From the NCBI GenBank assembly GCA_963700285.1, contig CAVOXA010000005.1:128001-192000 (forward strand): a DNA stretch of 64,000 nucleotides, written 5' to 3'. Below the pieces are notes generated by a model. The model ran no database searches and was not told the origin of the DNA. It saw only the letters and a list, made by a program, of their open reading frames with translations. Both the position numbers and the translations under genes were made by a program. The stretch comes from an uncultured Chloroflexia bacterium (GTDB lineage: Bacteria; Chloroflexota; Anaerolineae; JAAYZQ01). Within the stretch, counting starts at the first letter, position 1. Every line of letters begins with the position of its first letter. Below are positions 1 to 9,240 of the stretch, piece after piece.

Positions 1-1
1 C

Positions 2-124
2 AATGAGCCAAAGCAGTTGTGGATCAATGACTCGGGGCATGCCTGGTCGGCCTGGACCTACCCCGACATCTTTGAGTCGCGGGTCTTGGACTTTATGGCA
101 CGATCTCTATCGGAGCAGGAGTGA
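2..124 (+). CDS. C-terminal end of a gene entering from the left, probably an alpha/beta hydrolase
   Basis: Open frame NEPKQLWINDSGHAWSAWTYPDIFESRVLDFMARSLSEQE*. The 'PKQLW...GH...P..F..RVLDF' pattern resembles the catalytic-His region of alpha/beta hydrolases. Confidence 0.55.
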   Translation, partial: NEPKQLWINDSGHAWSAWTYPDIFESRVLDFMARSLSEQE

Positions 125-133
125 GGTTCTTGA

Positions 134-901
134 GTGACATTACATAATGGAGAGGCCAAGCCAGCTTCGCGTCGCTTCTGGGAAATTGACACAGTCCGAG
201 GCATCGCTGTCGTCTTGATGATCTTTTTCCACTTGATGTGGGATCTGAGTTTCTTTGGCGCTTATTCGGGTAGCATGCTGGCGCCCCCCTGGCGGATCCT
301 GGCCCGGAGCATTGGCACCACGTTCATCTTTTTGATGGGCCTTTCCCTGACACTAACCCACAATCGCTTGAGGTCCAGGATGGATCACGGGCCTCTGTTT
401 CGAAAATACCTGTTGCGGGGCGCCATGCTCTTTGGCTGGGGCCTGGTGATCACGGCAGTGACCTATTGGGTCCTGGGCCGCGGCTTTGTCGTATTCGGCA
501 TCCTTCACCTGCTGGGACTGTCAACCATTCTGGCCTACCCCTTTTTGCGGTCGCGATGGCTTAGCCTGGCCGCGGGGATCGGGATCATTATCCTGGGTTT
601 CTATGCCAACGACGTGATGTCCCTATCCCCTTGGTTGCTTTGGCTAGGTGTAAAGCAGTTGGGGCGCTATATGGTTGACTATTACCCGTTGCTGCCCTGG
701 TTCGGCGTCGCGCTGCTGGGAGTCTTCTATGGCCTCACATTGTATCCCAATGGCCTTCCCCGGTTCGACTTGCCGGACCTGTCGCCCAAAGCTCCCGTTC
801 GCGCCCTGACCTTTCTGGGGCGGCACTCGCTGGCCATCTATCTGGTGCACCAGCCTATCATACTTGGCGTCTTGGTGCTCGTGGGGATTGGTTCCATCTA
901 G
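134..901 (+). CDS. DUF1624 / heparan-alpha-glucosaminide N-acetyltransferase-domain membrane protein
   Basis: RFWEIDTVRGIAVVLMIFFH N-terminus, FGILH, DYYPLLPW and LGRHSLAIYLVHQP motifs; multiple TM segments. Confidence 0.85.
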   Translation: MTLHNGEAKPASRRFWEIDTVRGIAVVLMIFFHLMWDLSFFGAYSGSMLAPPWRILARSIGTTFIFLMGLSLTLTHNRLRSRMDHGPLFRKYLLRGAMLFGWGLVITAVTYWVLGRGFVVFGILHLLGLSTILAYPFLRSRWLSLAAGIGIIILGFYANDVMSLSPWLLWLGVKQLGRYMVDYYPLLPWFGVALLGVFYGLTLYPNGLPRFDLPDLSPKAPVRALTFLGRHSLAIYLVHQPIILGVLVLVGIGSI

Positions 902-954
902 TCCCTGGCGCGATCCGCTCCCCTATCAAGTTGCCAGGAATTCCGGTTCTTCAC

Positions 955-3030
955 TCAGTCCAGAGGCAAGCCAAACTGCACGCGGTCCGGGTAATGGCAG
1001 GCGACCAGGTGTCTGCGGCCATCGTCCAGCATGCGCAGGGGGGCGAGGTCCGTGGCGCAGTTCTCCTCGGCATATTGGCAGCGCGGATGGAAGGGGCAGC
1101 CTGGCGGCGGCTTGCGCGCACTGGGGATCTCGCCTGTCAAGATGATATGCCGCTGCTCGTCCCGCAGACGGGGGTCGGGTATGGGAATGGCCGAGATGAG
1201 CGCCTCGGTGTAGGGATGCCTGGGCCGCGAAAAAAGATCCTCGGTCTGGGCTACTTCCACGATCTTGCCCAGGTACATGACTGCCACCCGATGGGCGATG
1301 AAGCCCAACACGTTTAGGTTGTGGGTGATGATGATGTAGGTGAGGTTGAGCTCTTTGCCCAGATCCTTTAGCAGATTTAGGATACCAGCGGCCACCGACA
1401 CGTCAAGTCCGGCCGTGGGCTCATCCGCGACGAGGATGTCGGGATGAAGAGCCAGGGCGCGCGCGATTCCGACCCTGCGAGCCTGGCCACCTGAGAGCTG
1501 GTGCGGGTACTTGTCGGCTTGCTCGGATGACAAGCCCACCATCTCTAGCAGTTCGGCAACCTTGGCCTTGCTATCAACCGGGACGTCGTGGATGCGGAAT
1601 GGTTCGAGCAGCAGGGACGAGACCTTCATCCGCGGGCTCAGGCTGGAAAAAGGGTCCTGGAAAATCATCTGCATCCGTTCCCGCATGGGACGCATCTTTG
1701 CCTGGGAGATCTGGGTGATGTCCTGGCCCTCGATGACGACCGCGCCGTCGGTCGCATCCACCAGGCGCAGAAGCGTCCGTCCCAGAGTAGTTTTGCCCGA
1801 GCCTGACTCGCCGACGAGGCCCAGGACGTCGCCGCGCAGGATCTGAAAGTCGACGCCATCGACGGCCCGCACAGCGCTGCTTTTCTGTCCCAAGATCTGG
1901 TTCAACAGACCGGTGTGATCCTGAAAGTGAGTGCGCAGCGCCTTCATCTCGACCAGTACCTCACCCCTATCCGGACCCCTAGCGCCGGGCGCCGATACCG
2001 CCCGCTGGGTTGGCGCGGCTTCCGGGATGGATTCAAGGCGGTCTCCGATCCAATCGGCGCTGTACGCATGGCACAGTACGCTGTGATTGCTGACTTGCCA
2101 GTACGCTGGCTCGACTGTATGGCAGGTGACGGTCGCCAGGTCGCAGCGCGGCGCAAACTTGCAGCCGGCCGGTAGTTCCATCAGGCTCGGTACCCGCCCG
2201 CGTATGGTGCGTAGGCGACCCTGCCGCACGCTGTGAGACGGGTGGGAGCGCAGCAGCGCTTGGGTATAGGGGTGTTTCGGCTCGTCAAAGATGCCAAAAA
2301 CGCCGCCCGTTTCGACGATGTTGCCTGCGTACATGACAATGACCCGGTCGCAGAGCCGGGCGATGACCCCCAGATCGTGGGTGATGTACAGGATGGCTGT
2401 CCCCAATTCGTCACGCAGCCCGGCGATCAATTCCAGGATCTGGGCTTCCAGGGTCACGTCCAGGGCTGAGGTTGGTTCATCGGCAACGAGGAGCAGAGGG
2501 TTGGAGAGCAGCGCCGTGGCGATCATGATCCGCTGGCGCATGCCGCCAGAGAACTGGTGCGGGTACTCTTTGATCTGTCTGGCCGGGTCGGGGATCCCAA
2601 CACGGTCCAACATGGCTACGGCCCGCTCCGTCAATTCCTTCTGGCCCCGCTGATCGTCTCGTGGTTGCTGGGCTTTGAGGGCATCCACCATCTGCTGCTC
2701 GACGCTAAAGACCGGGTTGAGGCTGGTCATCGCGTCCTGGAAGATCATGGCCAGGTCCCTGCCCCGTAGCGCACGTATCGATTCCTGGTCGAGCTGACGC
2801 AGGTCCATGCCATTGAAAAGGATCTGCCCGCCGGTGATCTCGCCGTTGGGCGGCAGCAGTTGCATGACAGCCGAGCTTATTGTACTCTTTCCGCAGCCCG
2901 ATTCGCCTACCACGCCGACGATTTCCCCTCGAACGACGTCAAAGTTGGCGCCATGGATAGCCGTGAGGGTGCCTGCCCGGGTGTGGTACTGGACTTCCAG
3001 GTCTTTTACCTGCAACAGCGGTTCAGCCAT
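955..3030 (-). CDS. Oligopeptide/dipeptide ABC transporter ATPase, fused OppD-OppF type (two ABC domains)
   Basis: Two Walker A motifs (GESGCGKS, GESGSGKT), two YPHQxSGG signatures, and two C-terminal HPYT...GCxFxPRC domains. ATG at 3030 overlaps the upstream stop. Confidence 0.93.
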   Translation of the reverse strand: MAEPLLQVKDLEVQYHTRAGTLTAIHGANFDVVRGEIVGVVGESGCGKSTISSAVMQLLPPNGEITGGQILFNGMDLRQLDQESIRALRGRDLAMIFQDAMTSLNPVFSVEQQMVDALKAQQPRDDQRGQKELTERAVAMLDRVGIPDPARQIKEYPHQFSGGMRQRIMIATALLSNPLLLVADEPTSALDVTLEAQILELIAGLRDELGTAILYITHDLGVIARLCDRVIVMYAGNIVETGGVFGIFDEPKHPYTQALLRSHPSHSVRQGRLRTIRGRVPSLMELPAGCKFAPRCDLATVTCHTVEPAYWQVSNHSVLCHAYSADWIGDRLESIPEAAPTQRAVSAPGARGPDRGEVLVEMKALRTHFQDHTGLLNQILGQKSSAVRAVDGVDFQILRGDVLGLVGESGSGKTTLGRTLLRLVDATDGAVVIEGQDITQISQAKMRPMRERMQMIFQDPFSSLSPRMKVSSLLLEPFRIHDVPVDSKAKVAELLEMVGLSSEQADKYPHQLSGGQARRVGIARALALHPDILVADEPTAGLDVSVAAGILNLLKDLGKELNLTYIIITHNLNVLGFIAHRVAVMYLGKIVEVAQTEDLFSRPRHPYTEALISAIPIPDPRLRDEQRHIILTGEIPSARKPPPGCPFHPRCQYAEENCATDLAPLRMLDDGRRHLVACHYPDRVQFGLPLD

Positions 3031-3920
3031 CAGGCGCCTCGCGTTCCGGACAGCCGTGGGTCGAGCACGTCCCGCAGCGTTTCTCCGAACAGGGTGAATC
3101 CCAGGGTGACGATGATGAGTGTCAGACCGGCCCAAAAGACCGGCCAAGGCGATTGGCGGATAAAGTTAAAGCCATCGGACAGAATCACGCCCCAGGACGG
3201 TGTTGGCGGTTTGACGCCCAGCCCCAGGAAGGAGAGCCCCGCCTCGAAGGTGATCACGACCGGCAGGTCCATGGCCGCCAGGATGAGCAAGGGGGCTACG
3301 ATATTGGGCAGGATGTGGATGCCCACGATGCGCTTCTGGCTGGCGCCCAGGGAGCGTTCAACTTCGACATACTGGTCCTGCCTGGCCGACAGGACCTGAG
3401 CGCGCGTGATCCGGGCATAGCCCGGGATCCAGGCCAGGCCGATGACGATCACGACGTTGACCAGCGACGAACCCAGAAGGGCGAGGATGGCCAGAGCCAG
3501 GATGACGGCCGGAAATGCCTGCATCGAGTCCATGAAAACAACCGTCGCGTCATCGACGACGCCGCCCAAATAGCCGGCCGTGAGGCCCAGAAGGATGCCG
3601 CCTACCAGGGCGATGGCCACGGCCGGCAGGGCCACTACCAGAGCGATGCGGGCGCCATAGATGATGCGCGACAGGAGGTCTCTCCCCAGGTGGTCCGTGC
3701 CCAGAGGATACTGGCGCGAGGGTCCCTGCAGCATGTTGGGTATGTCCTGTTCGGCATAGTGATAGGGGGCCAGGATGGGGGCGAACAGGACCATGAGCAT
3801 GAACCCGGCTACAATCACAAAACCAAGGACGCCTAGTGGTCGCTTGAGTACATCTCCGAGGACTGGGATGCGATTTAGAAATCTTGTGATACGATTGGTC
3901 GGCCTGGCGACAAATTGCAT
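3030..3920 (-). CDS. Peptide/nickel ABC transporter permease (OppC/DppC family)
   Basis: PLGTDHLGRDLLSRIIYGAR, HILPN and EAGLSFLGLG motifs. Confidence 0.93.
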   Translation of the reverse strand: MQFVARPTNRITRFLNRIPVLGDVLKRPLGVLGFVIVAGFMLMVLFAPILAPYHYAEQDIPNMLQGPSRQYPLGTDHLGRDLLSRIIYGARIALVVALPAVAIALVGGILLGLTAGYLGGVVDDATVVFMDSMQAFPAVILALAILALLGSSLVNVVIVIGLAWIPGYARITRAQVLSARQDQYVEVERSLGASQKRIVGIHILPNIVAPLLILAAMDLPVVITFEAGLSFLGLGVKPPTPSWGVILSDGFNFIRQSPWPVFWAGLTLIIVTLGFTLFGETLRDVLDPRLSGTRGA

Positions 3921-3921
3921 C

Positions 3922-4875
3922 TCAACCTCGTACTTTGTCTAGCTGGATGCGCGGATCCAGGTAGGTATAGGTCAGGTCGGCTAGAAGGTTCGCCAGCACA
4001 AAAAGGATGGCCACAACCAGGACGCCGGCACGGACGATGGGATAGTTGCGGGCCTGGATGGCGTTGTAGATGAGCGTTCCCATACCGGGCCGGCTAAAGA
4101 TCAACTCCACAAAGACGGCGCCGGCCATCAGGTTGCCGACACCAATACCCAGTACGGCTACCGTCGGGATCAGGGCGTTCTTGAGCGCGTACTTGTAAAA
4201 GATCTGGCGCTGGGACAGGCCCGAGGCCATGGCCGCCCGGATATAGGTCTGATTGAGTACTTCCAGCAGGCTGGCCCGTACCAGGCGGGCCAGGTAGCCG
4301 ATCCAGGTGATGGCTAGGGCGGTGGCTGGCAGTATCAGATGTTTGATATAGTCGCCAGGGTCACCAGTTTTGCCCAGGCCGATGGCCGGCATCCACTGCA
4401 ACTCCACGGCAAAGATGAGCAACAAGAACAGCCCGGCTACGTAGGAGGGGATGGTTATGAAGGAGATGGAGAACACCGCCGTGATCCGGTCTGGCCATGA
4501 ATCGGGATGGGTCGCCGAGTAAACGCCGAGGGGGACGCCGAGAATGGTCGCCAGCCCCAGGGCCGTCCAGGCCAGGATCAGGGTGTGGGGCAAAGCGGCG
4601 CCGACGAGCATGCTGATCCGCCGTCCGGTAAAGATGTCCGTACCCAGATCACCCTGGACCGTGTGCCACACGGCATTGGCGATCTGTATGTGTACCGGCT
4701 TGTCTAGGTCCATGGAAGCGCGGACCTTGGCGATCAGCTCCGCGTTGGCGCGTGGGCCCAGCAGGGTCTTGGCTGGATCGCCGGGCACGATATGGATCAG
4801 CAAAGACAGGAAGACTATGACAAACAGAAGCACAAGCATTGTCATCAGCAGACGCTTGAGAAGATAGCCGCGCAC
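3922..4875 (-). CDS. Peptide/nickel ABC transporter permease (OppB/DppB family)
   Basis: PGDPA, GDLG, LILPA, ALKNALIP and LDPRI motifs; GTG start. Confidence 0.93.
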   Translation of the reverse strand: MRGYLLKRLLMTMLVLLFVIVFLSLLIHIVPGDPAKTLLGPRANAELIAKVRASMDLDKPVHIQIANAVWHTVQGDLGTDIFTGRRISMLVGAALPHTLILAWTALGLATILGVPLGVYSATHPDSWPDRITAVFSISFITIPSYVAGLFLLLIFAVELQWMPAIGLGKTGDPGDYIKHLILPATALAITWIGYLARLVRASLLEVLNQTYIRAAMASGLSQRQIFYKYALKNALIPTVAVLGIGVGNLMAGAVFVELIFSRPGMGTLIYNAIQARNYPIVRAGVLVVAILFVLANLLADLTYTYLDPRIQLDKVRG

Positions 4876-4930
4876 GGTATAGTTTATTCCTTTCCGGGTC
4901 CAATCACCGGCGACCCTGTGGCCCGGTCAG

Positions 4931-4960
4931 AGTATACACGAACCTGGATATTCCTGTCAA
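4931..4960 (-). promoter_or_regulatory. Sigma70-like promoter upstream of the permease genes
   Basis: Minus strand TTGACA-18 nt-TATACT. Confidence 0.55.
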
Positions 4961-4978
4961 GTGGGCTCGCCACCGGTC

Positions 4979-5131
4979 ATAGGGCTGTTGCAGGGTCGGA
5001 GACTAACCTCCCGCAGGCTTGTCCGCAGCCGAGATACCGGCTGAACCGGGCTGGACTCACCCGTGTGCGGGTACCTGAAGAGGCAAAACCTGCGGGAGGT
5101 TGCCCTTGTCAAGGTACTTTGCAACAGCCAT
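4979..5131. mobile_element. MITE-like non-autonomous element (153 bp)
   Basis: Terminal IRs GGCTGTTGCAggGT / ACtttGCAACAGCC; internal IR AACCTCCCGCAGG / CCTGCGGGAGGTT; flanking 10-bp direct repeat GCCACCGGTC (4969-4978) / GCCACTGGTC (5132-5141). Ends match the element at 35813-37078. Confidence 0.75.
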
Positions 5132-5237
5132 GCCACTGGTCGGCGGTGATGGATCTGCGCCGACCGGTGGTCAGCATAAGCATGGCATAGCAAGGGTAGG
5201 CTCCGGCAACTATCCGTATCCTGGCCACGACGTCGAG

Positions 5238-6317
5238 TCAAGGTGAAGCTGCTATGCGGAATTCCTGGAAAGGGTTGTCACAAGCTTGCCTGTCAGTCGC
5301 CAACATCAGCCCCTGGTCCGGCTGATACAGGAGCGCGGACGTTGTATAGAACTCACTTCTCGGTGGGTCCTTGTGGCGGCAGATGCTAGCTGGATAGTTG
5401 GCGTGATCGCGCAACATCTCCTTGCACTTTTCCAGCTCGATGAGCCCTGACGCTTCATCGAGCAATTGTCGCATGCGCCCGCTGCGAATGGGGGAGGTGG
5501 CTGGCGGTACTGATGCCGGAGACCCTTCATACTGCAAAAGGTCTGGCTCCTCGTAGTGGTTTGCGTGGCCATAATGGCGGCTGATGTAGCGTATCCGATA
5601 CTGCGTCGCGCTGGCCTCTACGTTCACAGCGGCGAAAGTAGTACCGATGACAAAGTTAAAGCCAGCAGCCCGTACTCCCTTGACTACAGTGTGGACAGCG
5701 TCACTGAGTTTTGTCTGCTGGAGCGCCTTGCGGACCAGAAATGTGCAAGGCACTCCGGAACGGGCATCGAGGGAGCGCAGGGTGTTCCACACGAGGGCTA
5801 TGCCGGCCGCGTTGATCCCATTACCCGCCACGATCCCGGGGTTGGAAAAGACCAGCGCGCCTGGTTGATCATCACCAGGTGCGATGTCAAAGATGATCGG
5901 TTGCCAGCCATCCACCGCGTCCCACGTCTGCCCCAAGTATGTGGTGCCACCGTTAGTGCTGAGTCCTGTGGCGGCGAAGGTTGTACACTTGTGACCGGCA
6001 TTGACACCGCGGTACAGGCCATACGCTTCCACCTCGTCGAAGCAGTTGAGCAGCCATACCTTCTCGAAGGGCAGGCCAGCGCCCTTGGCGATGGCATCTA
6101 CTTCCTCAACCAAGTCTGGGGCATAGGCGCGGCTCTCGGGGAGATGACCCATAGCGTAGGCCAGCAAGTCCCGCTCTTCTATCGGTGGCGACTGTGCAGC
6201 AGCTTCCGCGATCAAGAGATCATACAGATCAACAATTTCTTGGGCCAATGCCTGGCCGTGCTGATAGCCCCGGTCGGCTGGTGTACCCGCCAGCTCCACT
6301 ACTCGCAGCGTTCCCAT
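5238..6317 (-). CDS. C45 family autoproteolytic Ntn-hydrolase / acyltransferase (AAT family)
   Basis: RGYQHG, EEVDAIAKGAG, autocleavage Cys in HK-CTTFAA, GQTWD, GINAAG and HANH motifs. Confidence 0.85.
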   Translation of the reverse strand: MGTLRVVELAGTPADRGYQHGQALAQEIVDLYDLLIAEAAAQSPPIEERDLLAYAMGHLPESRAYAPDLVEEVDAIAKGAGLPFEKVWLLNCFDEVEAYGLYRGVNAGHKCTTFAATGLSTNGGTTYLGQTWDAVDGWQPIIFDIAPGDDQPGALVFSNPGIVAGNGINAAGIALVWNTLRSLDARSGVPCTFLVRKALQQTKLSDAVHTVVKGVRAAGFNFVIGTTFAAVNVEASATQYRIRYISRHYGHANHYEEPDLLQYEGSPASVPPATSPIRSGRMRQLLDEASGLIELEKCKEMLRDHANYPASICRHKDPPRSEFYTTSALLYQPDQGLMLATDRQACDNPFQEFRIAASP

Positions 6318-6441
6318 TCTACCTCCTCTGGTGATCTACGCGCTGGCCAAGAAAGCTAGTGGGATCTTGCCGATTTCACTGCCAGCCGCACCCTCGTCCG
6401 GCGAAAAGCCTTGGAGCGCAGGGGATCCTGCTGAACCGCGA

Positions 6442-6476
6442 GTCTTGCAGTCTCGCGCAGGGCGAGACTGCAAGAC
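6442..6476. terminator. Perfect 15-bp hairpin downstream of the SBP fragment (terminator or mRNA stabiliser)
   Basis: GTCTTGCAGTCTCGC-gcagg-GCGAGACTGCAAGAC. Confidence 0.6.
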
Positions 6477-6536
6477 GGAACGTATGCCTATTCGGTGTTC
6501 AGCAATCTGGCGCAGTCGTCGCATTGCTGCGGTGAC

Positions 6537-7259
6537 TTACTCCGCTGGCATCATCCATCGGGTCTGCGTCTGACCATGGGGTGTCAAGGCAGGTACGATG
6601 TCCGGGGTAAAGACGACAACGCGGGAGTTGTTCGTGATCCAAACGGTGTGCGCCGCCTCGTCCCACAGCATCTGCATCTTTTCATAGATCTTCTGACGTT
6701 CGGCATCGTCCAAGGTGACCATGCCCTGCTTGTGCAGTTCGTCATACTCCTCGTTGCACCAGCGAAACCAGTTCCAGACGTCGATCTGCTCGCAGGTGAA
6801 CCACATGGTGTACCAGGCCGGATCGGGGAAACTGGTATAGCTCAAGGTCACAAGTTCCAGTTCTTGCTGGGCTTCGGCGCCCATGCTCCAGAAGGTAGTT
6901 TCATCGACTGTGTCGATGTTCACGTCAATCCCAATCTCGGCGAGGTTGGCCTGGATGATCTCAGCCCAGGTACGGTACTCGGAGGTGTCCTGTGTGGTCA
7001 ACTTTAGCTCGAGGGAATCGATACCCGCCTTGGCCATGTATTCCTTGGCCTTTTCAACGTCGCGCTCGTACCTGGGCGCGTCGGCCCAATGGCCTATCAG
7101 GCCGGGCGGGATCAGCGTATACGCCTGATCCACCTGGCCCAAATAGGCAGCCTGAATGATGCTGGGCACGTCGATAGCGTAGATGATCGCCTTTCGCACA
7201 TTTTCGTCCTGGAGCTTGGGGTGCTCGACGTTCATCCCAACCCACCGGTAGTGCAGCAT
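6537..7259 (-). pseudogene. C-terminal half of a family 5 solute-binding protein (5'-truncated paralog of 7431-9077)
   Basis: Aligns to the upstream SBP from YRW.xMNV.HPKLQD to the end. No signal peptide, and an in-frame TGA lies about 20 codons upstream. Confidence 0.75.
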
Positions 7260-7430
7260 TGGCCGAATACAACCATACGCGCATCCATACGCGCATCCAT
7301 GGCGGGCTAGAGTTCAACGCGGAGACCCGCTTGATACGGGATGTAAAAAGACTGGCCCAATCTGCAGATTGGACCAGTCTCTCGCGTTTCCCTTCACCCT
7401 CGCGAACCTGATGGAGAGTGAAATCCGAAT

Positions 7431-9077
7431 TTACTGGGCAGCCGAGAAGAAATGGTACTGTGGCGTGCCGTGGGGCGAAGTCGCCGGCGCGATGTCGGGC
7501 GTGTGGGCGTAGGACATGACACCGTGTGTGATCCAGATCGTCTGCGCTGCTTCGTCCCAGATCTTTTGCATCTCGATATAGATCTTTTCGCGCTCGGCGT
7601 CGTCCAGGGTCACCAGGCCCTTGCGGTGCAGCTCGTCATACTCTTCGTTGCACCAGCTCTGGGTGTTCCAGACCGTCACCTGGTCGCAGGTGAACCACAT
7701 GGTGGCCCAGGCGGGATCGGGGCTCATGGAGTAGTTGCTGGTCAGCAGCTCATTGTTCTTGGCGGCGTCTTCGCCAAAACTGAGGGACCAGTAGGCGCTG
7801 GATTCCATGGGGTTGAGCTCCAGATTGATGCCGATCTCGGCCAGGTTCTGCTGGGCGATCTCGGCCCAGGTCCGGTACTCGGTGGTGTCCTCCAGGTCCA
7901 TGCGAAGGTCGAGCGACTCGAGCCCGGCAGCGGCCATATACTCCTTGGCCTTTTCCACGTCGCGCTCGTAGTGTGGGGCGTCCGCCCAGAAACCGATGAG
8001 TCCTGGCGGGATCAGGGCATATTCCTGATCGACCTTGCCCATGTAGGTCGCGGCCAGGATGCTGGGCACATCGATGGCATAGATGATGGCCTTGCGCACG
8101 TTGATGTCCTGCAGCTTGGGATGCACGACGTTCATGGCGATCCAGCGGTAGCGCAGAGAAGGCTTGAGCCAGGTCTCGAAATCAGGGTTGGACTCGAAGC
8201 GCTCGATGGAGGGGACGCTGATGCGGCTCCAATCGAGGTCGCCGGCCTCCAGGGCAACCTCGGCGGCCTTGTCGTCCTCGATGGGGATCAGGTGGATCTC
8301 GTCATAGTAGGGTTCCTCGCCCCAGTAGTCGGGGTTCTTTTTGAGGATGACCATCTCCTGGGGTTTCCACTCGGCAAAGAGGTAGGGACCGGTGCCAATG
8401 ATATCGGTGGCAAACTTTTCCACACCGATCTCCTCAACCCATTTCTTGGAGATGACGGTGCCGCTGGAAACGGGCAGCGTGGAGGTCCACAACGTCGCAA
8501 GGGGCTCTTTGAGATGGATGATGCCGTTATAGTCGTCGATGACTTCAACGTGATCCAGCGTGGCCCAGTCGTCGGCGTAGGCCGCGTCCAGGTCGGGATC
8601 GATAAAGCGCTCGAAGGAGTATTTGACGTCTTCAGCGGTCAGCTCGCCGTAGCCATTTTGCCACTGGACACCCTCTTTGAGCTTGAAACGGACTTGCAGG
8701 CCATCCTCCGACTGCTCGATTTCCTCAGCCAGTTCGTTGCAGATCTCGTACGAGTTAGGGCAGTAGCGCACCAAGCCGTTCATGACTGCATTGGCGACCA
8801 CAGTGTCATTCTCAGAGATCGCAAAAGCGGGGTCCATGTTCTGGATGTCGCCATAGAGGCGTACCCGCAGGATCTTGGGTTCCTCGACCGCCGGTTCCTC
8901 CGTGGGCGGTGGCGGCTCGGTGGGTGCTGGCGCTTCTGTGGGTGCTGCGGCAGCGGCCTCAGTGGGCTGGGCGGCTGGAGCTTCGGTCGGCTCGGGCGCG
9001 GCGGAAGGTCCGCAGGCCACGGCCAACATGCTGAGAATGACGGTCAGGCTCAAGAGCCAAAGTACTTTTCTATTCAT
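7431..9077 (-). CDS. ABC transporter substrate-binding lipoprotein (family 5, OppA/DppA-like)
   Basis: Lipobox AVAC, Pro/Ala/Glu linker, LTAEDVKYSFER, IGTGPY and VRKAIIYAID motifs. Confidence 0.93.
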   Translation of the reverse strand: MNRKVLWLLSLTVILSMLAVACGPSAAPEPTEAPAAQPTEAAAAAPTEAPAPTEPPPPTEEPAVEEPKILRVRLYGDIQNMDPAFAISENDTVVANAVMNGLVRYCPNSYEICNELAEEIEQSEDGLQVRFKLKEGVQWQNGYGELTAEDVKYSFERFIDPDLDAAYADDWATLDHVEVIDDYNGIIHLKEPLATLWTSTLPVSSGTVISKKWVEEIGVEKFATDIIGTGPYLFAEWKPQEMVILKKNPDYWGEEPYYDEIHLIPIEDDKAAEVALEAGDLDWSRISVPSIERFESNPDFETWLKPSLRYRWIAMNVVHPKLQDINVRKAIIYAIDVPSILAATYMGKVDQEYALIPPGLIGFWADAPHYERDVEKAKEYMAAAGLESLDLRMDLEDTTEYRTWAEIAQQNLAEIGINLELNPMESSAYWSLSFGEDAAKNNELLTSNYSMSPDPAWATMWFTCDQVTVWNTQSWCNEEYDELHRKGLVTLDDAEREKIYIEMQKIWDEAAQTIWITHGVMSYAHTPDIAPATSPHGTPQYHFFSAAQ

Positions 9078-9240
9078 CTTTTTCTTCTCTCCTTCTTTCC
9101 TGATATCTTGATGTGACTAGAAATTGACAACAGCGGCTTTCTTCTTCTGGATCACCTCCCTACCCTGGGCATCAGGCTTCATTCGGACCCCGTCCCGGCG
9201 ACGGGGTCGTGGTATCGATCGTTGGCAGCGATCTGATCGG

